Shown: positions 39,409 to 48,681, counted from the stretch's first letter. The stretch is DNA of 64,000 nucleotides from Polyangiaceae bacterium (GCA_035063585.1 JAPSGB010000006.1:64001-128000), one strand, 5' to 3'. Numbers and translations are program-made. Notes: generated by a model not told the origin, from the letters alone.

Positions 39409-40344
39409 ATGCCGGCAGACACGACGACGGAGAGCGGTGATCCGAGCCGCGCGATGCACGCGCTCGAACGAGCGGTCGCCGCTGCCGAGCGGGGTGCCGT
39501 GGATCGCCCCATCGTGCTGGCCAGCCCGGCGGACGTCGCGGCGCTCTCGCCGGCCGATCTCCGCCGCGAGCTCGACCGCGTGATGATGGCGCCCCATTCG
39601 GACGATGGGCTCGACGCGCTGCTCGCAGGCGGCGTCCTCGACGCCATCTTGCCGGAGGTACGCGCGCTGGTCGGCTTCGGGGACGGCGAGTGGCGTCACA
39701 AGGACGTGTGGAAGCACACGAAGCAGGTCGTCTGCCAGAGCACCGAGCGGCTCGAGGTGAGGTGGGCGGCGCTCTTCCACGACATCGGCAAGGTGCGGAC
39801 GCGGAGCATCTCGCCGGAAGGCGAGGTCCACTTCTTCGGCCACGCGGAGGTGGGCGCCCGGATGTTCGAGAAGATGGATCGCCGCCAGAAGCTCTTCGCG
39901 AGCGACGACGCGCTCCGCCGGGAGATCCATTTCCTGGTTCTTCACCACCTGCGCGCGAGCCAGTACGACGGGAGCTGGACGGACAGCGCGGTGCGGCGCT
40001 TCGCGCGCGAGATGGGCCCCTACCTGGAGGACCTCCTCTGCCTGTCCCGCGCCGACATCACGACCAAGCGGCCCGAGAAGAAGCGTCGCGGGATCTCGAT
40101 GATCGACCAGCTCGCAGACCGCATCACCACGCTCGCCGCCGAGGACGCGGTGGTGCCCCCGCTCCCGAGCGGCGTGGGCAACGAGCTCATGACCAGGTTC
40201 GGGCTCCCACCGTCGCGCAAGATTGGCGACATCAAGCGCGCGCTCGAGGCGGCCATCGACGCGGGTGAGCTCGAGGGCCACCGCGAGCCCGCCTACTACG
40301 TGGAATACGTCGGCGCGAACCCGGCGCGCTTCGGGCTCGATTGA
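39409..40344 (+). CDS. HD-domain protein related to the C-terminal half of CCA-adding enzymes
   Basis: ILPEV, HKDVWKHT, ALFHDIGK, HFFGHAEVGA, HHL, SRADIT, GNELM..PPSRKIG; no nucleotidyltransferase head. Confidence 0.85.
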   Translation: MPADTTTESGDPSRAMHALERAVAAAERGAVDRPIVLASPADVAALSPADLRRELDRVMMAPHSDDGLDALLAGGVLDAILPEVRALVGFGDGEWRHKDVWKHTKQVVCQSTERLEVRWAALFHDIGKVRTRSISPEGEVHFFGHAEVGARMFEKMDRRQKLFASDDALRREIHFLVLHHLRASQYDGSWTDSAVRRFAREMGPYLEDLLCLSRADITTKRPEKKRRGISMIDQLADRITTLAAEDAVVPPLPSGVGNELMTRFGLPPSRKIGDIKRALEAAIDAGELEGHREPAYYVEYVGANPARFGLD

Positions 40345-40390
40345 GCCGCGCGCGCGGAAGCTCCTCGAGAGCGCGCCGGGTGCGCGCGGC

Positions 40391-41917
40391 TCACGCGGTG
40401 GGCTCGGGCGCGGGCGGCGCTGGCTTCGACGCCGCCATCATCAGGAACGCCCGAGAGGCGAGCGGCATCACGAGCTTCGGCAGCCCACCGCGCGGCGCGA
40501 GCAGCCCGACGAGCCCAAACAGGAGCACGAGCGTGCGCTCGACGTAGAAGTAGCCCTCTGGATACTCCACGCTCCGCATGAGCTGGCGGAGCCGGCCGCG
40601 CACGCGCTCGTAGCCGACCAGCTCCTCGACCGTCTTCCGATCGATCTTGGAGAAGTCTCGGATCTTCACCTCCGAGAGCACCGTCAGGTACTCGCGCCCC
40701 ACTCGCGCGAGGAGCTCCTTGTCGCCGCCCTCGGCGACGAACCCCATCCGCTCGAGCCCCTCGAGGATCTGGACGTCATTCTGGGTGATGGCGCCGAGCA
40801 CCACGGTCTGCATTCCCTCGGCGAGGGGCGGCGTGACCTCCTCGACCGCGCCGTAGTCCAAGATCACGAGCGTCGGGCCCGGGCGCACCAGGAAGTTTCC
40901 CGGGTGAGGATCGGCGTGAAACACCCGCCGCTCGAACAGCATCTTGAAGTAGCAGTCGACCAGGAGCCGGGCGACGGCCTCGGTCTCGATCCCCTGGGCC
41001 GCGAGCCCAGCGACGTCGCTGATCTTGGTGCCCTCCTCGAAGCTCATCACCAGCACCCCGGCTCGGGTGAGCTCGTCGATGACCTCCGGAACGACCACGT
41101 CGTCGCGATCCTTGAACACGTCGCGCAGGCGCTCCACGTTCTTACGCTCGTTCGCGTAGTCCGTCTCGTGCGCGAGCATCTCCGCAAGCTGATCGAGCAC
41201 GCGGTCGAGCCGCGAGACGACGATGAGGCGCTTGACGATCGGCAGGATCGAACGGAGCACGGCGAGATCGCGCCGAATGAGCGTCTCGATGCCGGGGTAC
41301 TTCACCTTCACCGCGACCCGCCGCCCGTCCTTCAACCGGGCGCGGTGGACCTGCGCCAGCGAGGCCGCAGCGAGCGCCTCGCGCTCGAAGTCCTCGAAGT
41401 GGCGGAGCGGGTCGGCTCCGAGCGCCTCCTCGAGCCGACCCTCGATCTCCGGGAACGGTCGCGGCGGCACCTTGTCCTGGAGCGTCTCGAGCTCCTCCCC
41501 GTACGCCGGGGGCAGGAACGTCCCGACCACGCTCAGCACCTGCCCGACCTTGATGAAGACCCCGCGAAGGCGCACGAACCCGCGGACCAGGCGTCGCGCG
41601 TTCGCGCGGTGGACGCGCGCCCAGCGAGCCTCGAGCCGGCGCTCGCCGAACAGCTTGGTGAGCAGCCACTGGAGTCCGTAGGACGCGAAGAGCGTCCAGA
41701 AGAGCAAGAGCGCGCGAAACGAGCGGAGCACGGCCCGCGGAGGGTAGTCCAGGCGAGCGGCTGCCTGCCGAGGTTTGTGGGGGGGCGCGCCGCGCTCCGG
41801 GCGCGCCGCGGCGCTCGCGGGGCGGCGCCGAGCCGGCCGGGGAGGGCGAACGGAATTTCGGGAATCTTCGCGACCGCTCGCGCGCTGAGGAAAGCGGCCG
41901 GGGTAGATTGGGCTCAC
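40391..41917 (-). CDS. AarF/ABC1/UbiB-family atypical kinase
   Basis: FIKVGQ, LQDKVP, LAAASLAQVH, VAVKVKYP, HADPHPGN, LDYG; start uncertain. Confidence 0.92.
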   Translation of the reverse strand: MSPIYPGRFPQRASGREDSRNSVRPPRPARRRPASAAARPERGAPPHKPRQAAARLDYPPRAVLRSFRALLLFWTLFASYGLQWLLTKLFGERRLEARWARVHRANARRLVRGFVRLRGVFIKVGQVLSVVGTFLPPAYGEELETLQDKVPPRPFPEIEGRLEEALGADPLRHFEDFEREALAAASLAQVHRARLKDGRRVAVKVKYPGIETLIRRDLAVLRSILPIVKRLIVVSRLDRVLDQLAEMLAHETDYANERKNVERLRDVFKDRDDVVVPEVIDELTRAGVLVMSFEEGTKISDVAGLAAQGIETEAVARLLVDCYFKMLFERRVFHADPHPGNFLVRPGPTLVILDYGAVEEVTPPLAEGMQTVVLGAITQNDVQILEGLERMGFVAEGGDKELLARVGREYLTVLSEVKIRDFSKIDRKTVEELVGYERVRGRLRQLMRSVEYPEGYFYVERTLVLLFGLVGLLAPRGGLPKLVMPLASRAFLMMAASKPAPPAPEPTA

Positions 41918-41918
41918 C

Positions 41919-43232
41919 GTGTCGGAATCGGAGCATCCGAGCGACCTCGGCATCTACCGGCGGGCGCTCACGATTGGCGTGCTCGGCGTCGGTGCGGCGC
42001 TGGTGGCGGCGCTCGCGAGCGCGAGCCGCCGTCCGCGCATGCCGCCGCTCGACCACTTCGCCCCGCCAGAGATCCCGACGCTCGCCGCGGCGCCGCCCAA
42101 GCGCACCCTCGAGCCGCTGACACCCGAGCTGCGTCGCAAGGGGTTTCATGAGTGTAACCCGCACGATGCGCTCGGGCTCGGGCCATATCGCCCGTACCGC
42201 AACCTCTCGATGGGTCGAATCCTCATCCCGCAGAAGGGCGGTCACGGCGCCGACATGGGCTACGACGTCCTCATCCACTTCCACGGTCACGAGCCCGCGC
42301 GAAAAGTGCTCGTGCAGGTAGCGCGCGGGGTGACCTTCGTCGGAATCGACAAGGGGCTCGGCAGCGGAGCGTACTCGAACGCGTTCCAGAACCCGGACGT
42401 CTTCCCGAACCTGCGCCGCTCGATCGAGCGCACCCTGCAGGCCGAGAGCGGGGATCCGCGCGCGCACATCCGCCACCTCGCGCTCTCCGCGTGGAGCGCC
42501 GGCTACGGGGCGGTGAACGAGATCCTGAAGCGGGGCGACGAGGGCATCGACGCAGTCGTGCTCCTCGATGGTCTGCACGCCGGTTGGAAGCCTGGGCGAC
42601 CGCACAAACAGGTCAGCTCATCGGCGGACGCCGCGTTCGTACAGCCCACCTTCGATTTTGCGCGCCGCGCGATGCGTGGCGAAAAGATCTTCATCTTCAC
42701 CCACTCCCAGATCGATCCGGGCGAGTACCCCGGGACGGCCGTCACCGCCAAGCTCCTCCTCTCGTCTCTCGGCCTCGACGAGACCCCGCACGATCCGGGG
42801 GGCGATCCGTTCGGACTCATCGGCACGACCGACGTGAAGGGACTTCACGTCTGGTCGTATCGCGGAGGGAACGAGGCCGCGCACTGCTCGCACCTCACGT
42901 ACCTGGCGGCGGCGGTTCAGGATCTCATCGAGCCCGCGTGGCACACGCCTCCGATGGATCGCAACGTGCCTCCGACGCCGGCGCCGAAGCTCGGCGGCGA
43001 GAGCGCCGGTGAGCCAGCGCTCGCGCCTTCACCCGACGCGGACGAGGCGGCGACGCCGCTCGCCGAGGGCGCCGCCACCATCGAGCTCCTGCCGCGGCCG
43101 GGCGCGCCGCCGGCCGCGCCGGAGCGACCCAGGCCCCCGGAGCCGGCAGAGCTGCTCGGGCTCACGCCGAACCTCGCGCCCGCCCCGGCGCCGCCGCCCG
43201 CCTCGACGACCGCGCCAGCGCCCAGCGAATGA
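41919..43232 (+). CDS. Membrane-anchored putative alpha/beta hydrolase with Pro-rich tail
   Basis: TM segment; IHFHG, SAWSAG (GxSxG-like), VLLDGLH, late His (AAHC). Confidence 0.65.
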   Translation: MSESEHPSDLGIYRRALTIGVLGVGAALVAALASASRRPRMPPLDHFAPPEIPTLAAAPPKRTLEPLTPELRRKGFHECNPHDALGLGPYRPYRNLSMGRILIPQKGGHGADMGYDVLIHFHGHEPARKVLVQVARGVTFVGIDKGLGSGAYSNAFQNPDVFPNLRRSIERTLQAESGDPRAHIRHLALSAWSAGYGAVNEILKRGDEGIDAVVLLDGLHAGWKPGRPHKQVSSSADAAFVQPTFDFARRAMRGEKIFIFTHSQIDPGEYPGTAVTAKLLLSSLGLDETPHDPGGDPFGLIGTTDVKGLHVWSYRGGNEAAHCSHLTYLAAAVQDLIEPAWHTPPMDRNVPPTPAPKLGGESAGEPALAPSPDADEAATPLAEGAATIELLPRPGAPPAAPERPRPPEPAELLGLTPNLAPAPAPPPASTTAPAPSE

Positions 43233-43259
43233 GGAGGCCTTCCGGGGCGCTCGGCAGAC

Positions 43260-43319
43260 AAAAAAAGGAGCGCCCGGTGCTGCTCGGGGAGGGGAGGGTG
43301 GGCGCAGCACCGGACGCTC
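43260..43319 (-). terminator. Rho-independent terminator
   Basis: 16-bp stem (43268-43283 with 43304-43319, one G-U pair on the minus strand) followed by C and a U7 tract (A7 at 43260-43266 on +). Confidence 0.85.
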
Positions 43320-43391
43320 GGGAGTGTCTCGTCGACTCGGCGTCTCATGGATAGTTACGTTCGAGACGCCGAATCGGTTTCTCGTGAGGGC
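43260..43391 (-). ncRNA. Candidate 3'UTR-derived or ECF-driven small RNA
   Basis: Two long hairpins whose only mismatches are G-U pairs on the minus strand; C-rich terminator loop. Confidence 0.35.
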
Positions 43392-43910
43392 TCAGCTCGC
43401 CTTCGGCTGGGCGCGCTTGCCCTCGTGATGCCGCCCATGCCCGCGCTTGCCGCGCTTGCCGTGACGGAGAGACTGCTCGAGCTTGGCGAGCTCGGCGGGC
43501 TTCAGGATCTTACCGAGCTCGGCCCGCTCACTCTTGCGGATGGTGGCGAGCTTGCCGCGGTTCGCCTCGAGCTCGGCGCGCAACGCCTCGCGGGCCTTGT
43601 CGTCCTTGCTCTTCCGCGCCTCGCGGAGCTTCTTCATCGTCTCGCGCCGCTGCTTCATGATGGGCTCGCGCTGGGCGTCGAACCGCTTCATGACGCCGAG
43701 CGCCTGCTTGGCGCGGTTCGCGTCGACGCCCGCGGCGTCGAGGGCCGCGGAGCGCTTCTGCTCGCGGAAGGCGGCGCGCTCCGCCGGGGTCTTCTTGGCG
43801 TGCTCGGCGTGCCGGGCCGAGGGCGCGCGACCCTCGGCGGGCTCCGCCAAGGCAGGGACGGCGACGAAAGACGCGGCAAGCAGGGCGGCGATGAGGTTCG
43901 GTGAACGCAT
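43392..43910 (-). CDS. Secreted helical Spy/CpxP-like protein
   Basis: Signal peptide (VPALA-E), Lys/Arg-rich helices, ILKPAELAKL (LTxxQ-like), His/Gly-rich tail. Confidence 0.65.
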   Translation of the reverse strand: MRSPNLIAALLAASFVAVPALAEPAEGRAPSARHAEHAKKTPAERAAFREQKRSAALDAAGVDANRAKQALGVMKRFDAQREPIMKQRRETMKKLREARKSKDDKAREALRAELEANRGKLATIRKSERAELGKILKPAELAKLEQSLRHGKRGKRGHGRHHEGKRAQPKAS

Positions 43911-44079
43911 GGTGGGGCTCCTTGTTTCCTTCTCTTCTTTATGTCGGGGCGGCGCGGAACCGCTCGGCCCGTCGCTCGCTGTCACGTCCGAGTCATGCCG
44001 CCCCGGAGGTGGGCGTTAAGCGTGTGGGCTCGGGCCGCGAGCTCTCGAGCGCTCCCGCGAAAGGGCGCCCCGCCCCGGC

Positions 44080-45231
44080 TCAGACGAGCCCCTGACGGCG
44101 GAGCTGCTCGACACGCTCCGCCGGCGCGGCGGCCACCCGGAGCGCCCGGGCGGCGTCGGTGCCCTCGAGATCGGTCGCGAAGACGACGAAGTCGTCCGTC
44201 CGCGGGAAGTGGGGCGGCCACGCGGCGCGGTTCAGATCGGCGGCGACCTCGTCGAGGAGCTTGCGGACGCTCCTCTCGGGCGAGGCGCGGGACCGGAAGA
44301 GCTCGCCGAGCAGCTGACCGGCTGCGAGCAGCTCGGGCGCGTCGAAGGTGAGCGCGGGCACGTCGAAGTGACGGTACGAGGCGGGGTTCCACGCGTGCTC
44401 CCGCGCCCGGGTGCCGTGCTCGCGCAGCCACGCCGCCCGCTCGGACGCGAGCCCGACGGCGAGCAGCGGCGGGAGCGAGCCGCCGTCCTCCGCGTCGGAG
44501 ACGAGCAGGACGGCAAACGCCGGCTCCTCGAGCGCCAGGCACCCGACGAGCTCCGGTACCGATTCGATCAGCCGCTCGCGCACGACGGCGCTGAGCGAGG
44601 CGAGCGTGGGCCGCGATGCCGGTCGCCGAAAGACGGTGCGCGCGTAGCCGTTCGGGTACACGTGCTGGACGCGCCCGAGGACGCCGAGCTCGTCGTACTC
44701 GACCGCGACGTCGTACGGCGCCTCCTGACCGTCGTGCGAGCGCTGGTTCACCGCGACCGCGATCGGACGCGCGCCGCGGTATTCGTAGAGCTCCGTCGAG
44801 CTGCCCTCGACGGCGTGGGTCGCGGTCTTCACGACCCGCGCGCCCTGCACCGCGCACTCGGTCACGGCGAGGAGCCGGTGCTCGGACGAGTAGTCGAAGC
44901 GCGCGCGCTCGAAGCCGTCGTCCCGGTACGCGAAGAACTCCTCGTAGGCGCGACTCCGGTCGACATGCTCTCGGATGACCGAGAGCCGACGCCGCTCATC
45001 GAACCCGTACTCATAGGCGCCGTCCGGCGTCGCCGGCGGCTCGCGGAGGCGCCGTCCGCGCTTCAGCTCGCTGCGCTCGATGGCGAGCGGCAGCGCCTCG
45101 TGGAGCGGGCCGGTGGCCCACTCCCAAGTCGTCACCTTCGCCTCGGCGGCGGCGCGCGCCTCGGCCCAGGCGCCCGCGAGCGCCTCGAAGCGAGCTTGCG
45201 CGAGCGCGCTCAGGTCGGGCTCGGTCGCCAT
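44080..45231 (-). CDS. Hypothetical protein
   Basis: Full-length ORF with coding bias; YEYGFDERRRL, YEYRG and VEYDELG beta-hairpin-like repeats; C-terminal WNP..DDFVVFATD domain. Confidence 0.7.
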   Translation of the reverse strand: MATEPDLSALAQARFEALAGAWAEARAAAEAKVTTWEWATGPLHEALPLAIERSELKRGRRLREPPATPDGAYEYGFDERRRLSVIREHVDRSRAYEEFFAYRDDGFERARFDYSSEHRLLAVTECAVQGARVVKTATHAVEGSSTELYEYRGARPIAVAVNQRSHDGQEAPYDVAVEYDELGVLGRVQHVYPNGYARTVFRRPASRPTLASLSAVVRERLIESVPELVGCLALEEPAFAVLLVSDAEDGGSLPPLLAVGLASERAAWLREHGTRAREHAWNPASYRHFDVPALTFDAPELLAAGQLLGELFRSRASPERSVRKLLDEVAADLNRAAWPPHFPRTDDFVVFATDLEGTDAARALRVAAAPAERVEQLRRQGLV

Positions 45232-45308
45232 CGGTTCGGTCAGGGTATCATCCCGTCGAAGCGACGCTCGCTCGGGCTCGGGGCTCGACGTGCTAGCGTC
45301 GGGGCTGC

Positions 45309-45794
45309 ATGGTGGAAGAACCGGCGGCGGACGAGAAGGCTGCCCGTCTGGCGCTCTTGAACCAGGCGTTCGCGGACGGCATCCCGCATAACCACGCGCT
45401 CGGGCTCCGCATCGTGGACTTCGCCGAGGGCAGCATGACCATGCTCCTGCCGTACGCCGCGCACCTGGTCGGAAACCCGGAGACGGGGGTGATGCACGGC
45501 GGCGCCATCACGGCGACCCTCGACGCCTGCGCGGGCGGGGCGGTGTACATGCGCCTCGGCGATCCGACCGGGATCGCGACGCTCGACTTGCGGATCGACT
45601 ACCTGAGGCCCGCGACGCCCGGGCGAGACGTCGTGTGCCGCGCGGAGTGCTACCGGACCACCAAGAACGTGGGCTTCGTTCGCGCGCTCGCCTACCACGA
45701 GCGCCCGGACGACCCCATCGCCGCCGCCGCCGGCGCGTTCATGATCTTCCCGAAGAGCGGGCGCTCGCTCCGCGAAGGCGAGGCCGCGCCATGA
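45309..45794 (+). CDS. PaaI-family thioesterase
   Basis: LVGNPETGVMHGGAITATLD, ATLDLRIDYLRPA. Confidence 0.92.
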   Translation: MVEEPAADEKAARLALLNQAFADGIPHNHALGLRIVDFAEGSMTMLLPYAAHLVGNPETGVMHGGAITATLDACAGGAVYMRLGDPTGIATLDLRIDYLRPATPGRDVVCRAECYRTTKNVGFVRALAYHERPDDPIAAAAGAFMIFPKSGRSLREGEAAP

Positions 45795-46267
45795 CCCCCG
45801 TGGTCGCGCTCCTGCGTCACGCGAAGGAGGCGGGCGATTTTTCCGCCGTCGCAGCCGCGCTTCCCTACGCGCGCTGGCTCGGGATCGGCGCCGTCATGGT
45901 GGGTGGCGAGCCGCTCGGGAAGCTCACGTTCGCGCCGCACCTCATCGGCAACCCGCTCTTGCCCGCGCTCCACGGCGGCACCATCGGCGCGCTCCTCGAG
46001 TCGACCGCGATTTTCCAGCTCCTCTGGCAGGCCGAGACCCTCATCCTGCCGAAGACGATCAACCTGACGGTCGAGTATCTCCGCTCGGCGCGGCCCGCGG
46101 ACACCTTCGCGCGAGCCGTCGTCACCAAGCAGGGCCGCCGCGTGGCCTCGGTGCGCGCAGAGGCGTGGCAAGACGACGAGCGCCGCCCGGTCGCCAGCGC
46201 CAACGCGCATTTTCTCATCGTGGCCGCCGATCCCGACGAGGGAGCGCACCGCGAGCCAGACGCCTGA
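45791..46267 (+). CDS. PaaI-family thioesterase
   Basis: LIGNPLLPALHGGTIGALLE, PKTINLTVEYLRS; ATGA overlap with the previous gene. Confidence 0.92.
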   Translation: MTPVVALLRHAKEAGDFSAVAAALPYARWLGIGAVMVGGEPLGKLTFAPHLIGNPLLPALHGGTIGALLESTAIFQLLWQAETLILPKTINLTVEYLRSARPADTFARAVVTKQGRRVASVRAEAWQDDERRPVASANAHFLIVAADPDEGAHREPDA

Positions 46268-46347
46268 GCGCGCATCTCCGGCCACCGCCGGCGTTACGAC
46301 GCGCCGCGGCATTCACGGAGCCTCGCCCCTCGCCGCGAGGCGTGTCC

Positions 46348-46353
46348 TATACT
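46348..46353 (+). promoter_or_regulatory. -10 element TATACT of a probable leaderless promoter
   Basis: TATACT followed by 6 nt and then ATG 46360; no Shine-Dalgarno sequence. Confidence 0.5.
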
Positions 46354-46359
46354 CGGAAA

Positions 46360-47601
46360 ATGTCCGCCGATAACGAAAACGAGAGCCTCGTCTACGACTG
46401 GAACGAAATCGCCCGCAAGGGTCGCATCATCCCGAAGACGGTCGAATTCCTCGACGAGACGCTGCGCGACGGGCTGCAGAACCCGTCGGTCACCGATCCC
46501 AAGATCGAAGACAAGCTGCGCCTGCTCCACCTCATGGACGACATCGGCATCCACGAGGCCGACATCGGGCTCCCCGGCAGCTCGAAGCGCGCCTTCGAGG
46601 ACTGCCTCAGGATGTGCAAGGAGGTCACCGAGAGCAAGCTGAAGCTCAAGGTCACCGCCGCCGGTCGCACCGTCGCGAGCGACATCACGCCGATGATCGA
46701 GCTCTCCCAGCGCGCAGGCATCCCGGTGCACGTCTACGCGTTCGTCGGCTCGAGCCCGATCCGGCAGCTCGCCGAGGACTGGGATCTCGAGCTCATCAAG
46801 CGGCGGAGCGCCGAGGCCATCGACGTCGCCGTGAAGGGCGGGCTCGAGGTCGCCTACGTCACGGAGGACACCACCCGCTCGCGCCCCGAGGTGCTCTCGG
46901 AGCTCTTCAAGCTGGTGGTCGATCACGGCGCTTCCCGCCTCTGCCTCTGCGACACCGTGGGGCATTCCACGCCGGACGGGGTACGAAACCTGATCCAGTT
47001 CACGCGCAACATCATCGCGGGAATGGGCGCCACGGTGCAGATCGACTGGCACGGCCACAACGATCGCGGGCTCGGCCTCGCCAACGCCATCTACGCGCTC
47101 GAGTGGGGCGCCGATCGGGTGCACGGCTGCGCGCTCGGGATCGGCGAGCGCGTCGGCAACACGCCGATGGAGCTCCTCCTCTTGAACCTGAAGCTGCTCG
47201 GCCTGCTCGAGCACCAAGATCTCACCCACTTGCTCGAGTACTGCCGGGTCGCCGCCGAGGCAGTCGGCTGGCAGATCCCGATCAACTACCCGCTGGTCGG
47301 CCGCGACGCCTTCCGCACCGCGACCGGCGTCCACGCGGCGGCGATCATCAAGGCCAAGGCCAAGGGTGACGAGTGGCTCGCGGATCGCATCTACAGCGGC
47401 GTGCCGGCCGGGATGTTCGGCCGGCACCAGGAGATCTGCATCGGCTACATGTCCGGCGCGTCGAACGTGACCTACTGGCTCAAGGAGCGAAACCTCGAGC
47501 CGAACGAGCAGCTCGTGAAGGCCATCCTTGCCCGAGCCAAGGAGGCCGATCACATCCTCCACGACGACGAGGTGATGGCGGTGGTCCGCGCCGGCGGCTG
47601 A
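46360..47601 (+). CDS. LeuA-family (DRE-TIM) Claisen-condensing synthase lacking the regulatory domain
   Basis: DETLRDGLQ, EDTTRS, CDTVG, HGHNDRG, GIGERVGN, GVHA; 413 aa. Confidence 0.85.
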   Translation: MSADNENESLVYDWNEIARKGRIIPKTVEFLDETLRDGLQNPSVTDPKIEDKLRLLHLMDDIGIHEADIGLPGSSKRAFEDCLRMCKEVTESKLKLKVTAAGRTVASDITPMIELSQRAGIPVHVYAFVGSSPIRQLAEDWDLELIKRRSAEAIDVAVKGGLEVAYVTEDTTRSRPEVLSELFKLVVDHGASRLCLCDTVGHSTPDGVRNLIQFTRNIIAGMGATVQIDWHGHNDRGLGLANAIYALEWGADRVHGCALGIGERVGNTPMELLLLNLKLLGLLEHQDLTHLLEYCRVAAEAVGWQIPINYPLVGRDAFRTATGVHAAAIIKAKAKGDEWLADRIYSGVPAGMFGRHQEICIGYMSGASNVTYWLKERNLEPNEQLVKAILARAKEADHILHDDEVMAVVRAGG

Positions 47602-47697
47602 CGGCCACGCGGCGCGGGGATGGGGCGAGGCAGCGTGGTCACTCGAAATATCGACACCGAGGCGTCACACTCCGGGGCGGCCGCGCGATCGAGGATC

Positions 47698-48681
47698 ATG
47701 CTGCTCCGCTGGGCGCTACCCCTCGCTCTCGCCGTCCTCGCCTGCGGGCGCGCGAGCGCGGAGGGCGCGCCCGCGCCGCGCTCGAGCGCGGCCCCGCCGC
47801 CGAACGCGACGGCGTCCGCGGGGTTCCGCGCCGCCCCGACACCCTCATCCCATCCCGCGCCCGCTCGGGCGAGCGCCGCCGCGCCGCGCGCGCTCGAGCG
47901 CTCCACATATCCGTGGCTCGACGACGCCTCGCTCGAGCACCCAGAACCCACCGAGACGCTCGAGGCGCGCTTCGCGCCACCGCCCGGCGGGAAACGAGTC
48001 CATGTGGAATCGGGGAGCTTCGCCGCGTGGCTCCGCGGGCTGCCGCTCGCGGCGGAGGGCACGCCGGTGAGAACCTATGACGGAAGCGTGCTCCACGAGG
48101 CGAGCGATCCACGCATCGCCGCGGTGGTGGCGCTCGACACCGGCTCCGCGGATCTCCAGCAGTGCGCCGACGCGGTGATGCGGCTCGACGCCGAGTGGCG
48201 ATGGTCGAAGGGCGCACGCGACATGAGCTACCGGGCCGCGTCGGGCGCGCTCTTGCCGTTCGCCCGCTGGGCGCGCGGCGAGCGGCTGGTCGCGCGCGGG
48301 CGCGACGTCGTCTGGCAGCCGCGGGCAGCGCCGAAGAGCGACCACGCCGCGCTCCGGAGCTACCTCGACGCGGTCTTCGCGTGGGCAAATACCGTGAGCC
48401 TCGAGCGCACGGCGAAGCCGGTCGCCGCGAAGGAGCTCCGGCCGGGCGACTTCTTCATCATGGGCGGCAACCCGGGTCACGCGGTCATGGTGCTCGACGT
48501 AGCGGAGCTCCCGGATGGACGCCGCGTCGCGCTCCTCGGTCAGAGCTACATGCCCGCGCAGAGCTACCAGGTGCTCCGGAGCCGCGCGACGGGCGCGTGG
48601 TTCGTGCTCGATCCCGACCGCGACGTCGCCACGCCCTTCTGGAGACCGTTCCCCTGGAGCTCGCTCCGCCGCCTCGAGTGA
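47698..48681 (+). CDS. DUF4846-family lipoprotein
   Basis: Lipobox VLAC; SFAAWLRGLPL, DLQQCADAVMRL, GNPGHAVMVLD, GQSYMPAQ. Confidence 0.85.
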   Translation: MLLRWALPLALAVLACGRASAEGAPAPRSSAAPPPNATASAGFRAAPTPSSHPAPARASAAAPRALERSTYPWLDDASLEHPEPTETLEARFAPPPGGKRVHVESGSFAAWLRGLPLAAEGTPVRTYDGSVLHEASDPRIAAVVALDTGSADLQQCADAVMRLDAEWRWSKGARDMSYRAASGALLPFARWARGERLVARGRDVVWQPRAAPKSDHAALRSYLDAVFAWANTVSLERTAKPVAAKELRPGDFFIMGGNPGHAVMVLDVAELPDGRRVALLGQSYMPAQSYQVLRSRATGAWFVLDPDRDVATPFWRPFPWSSLRRLE

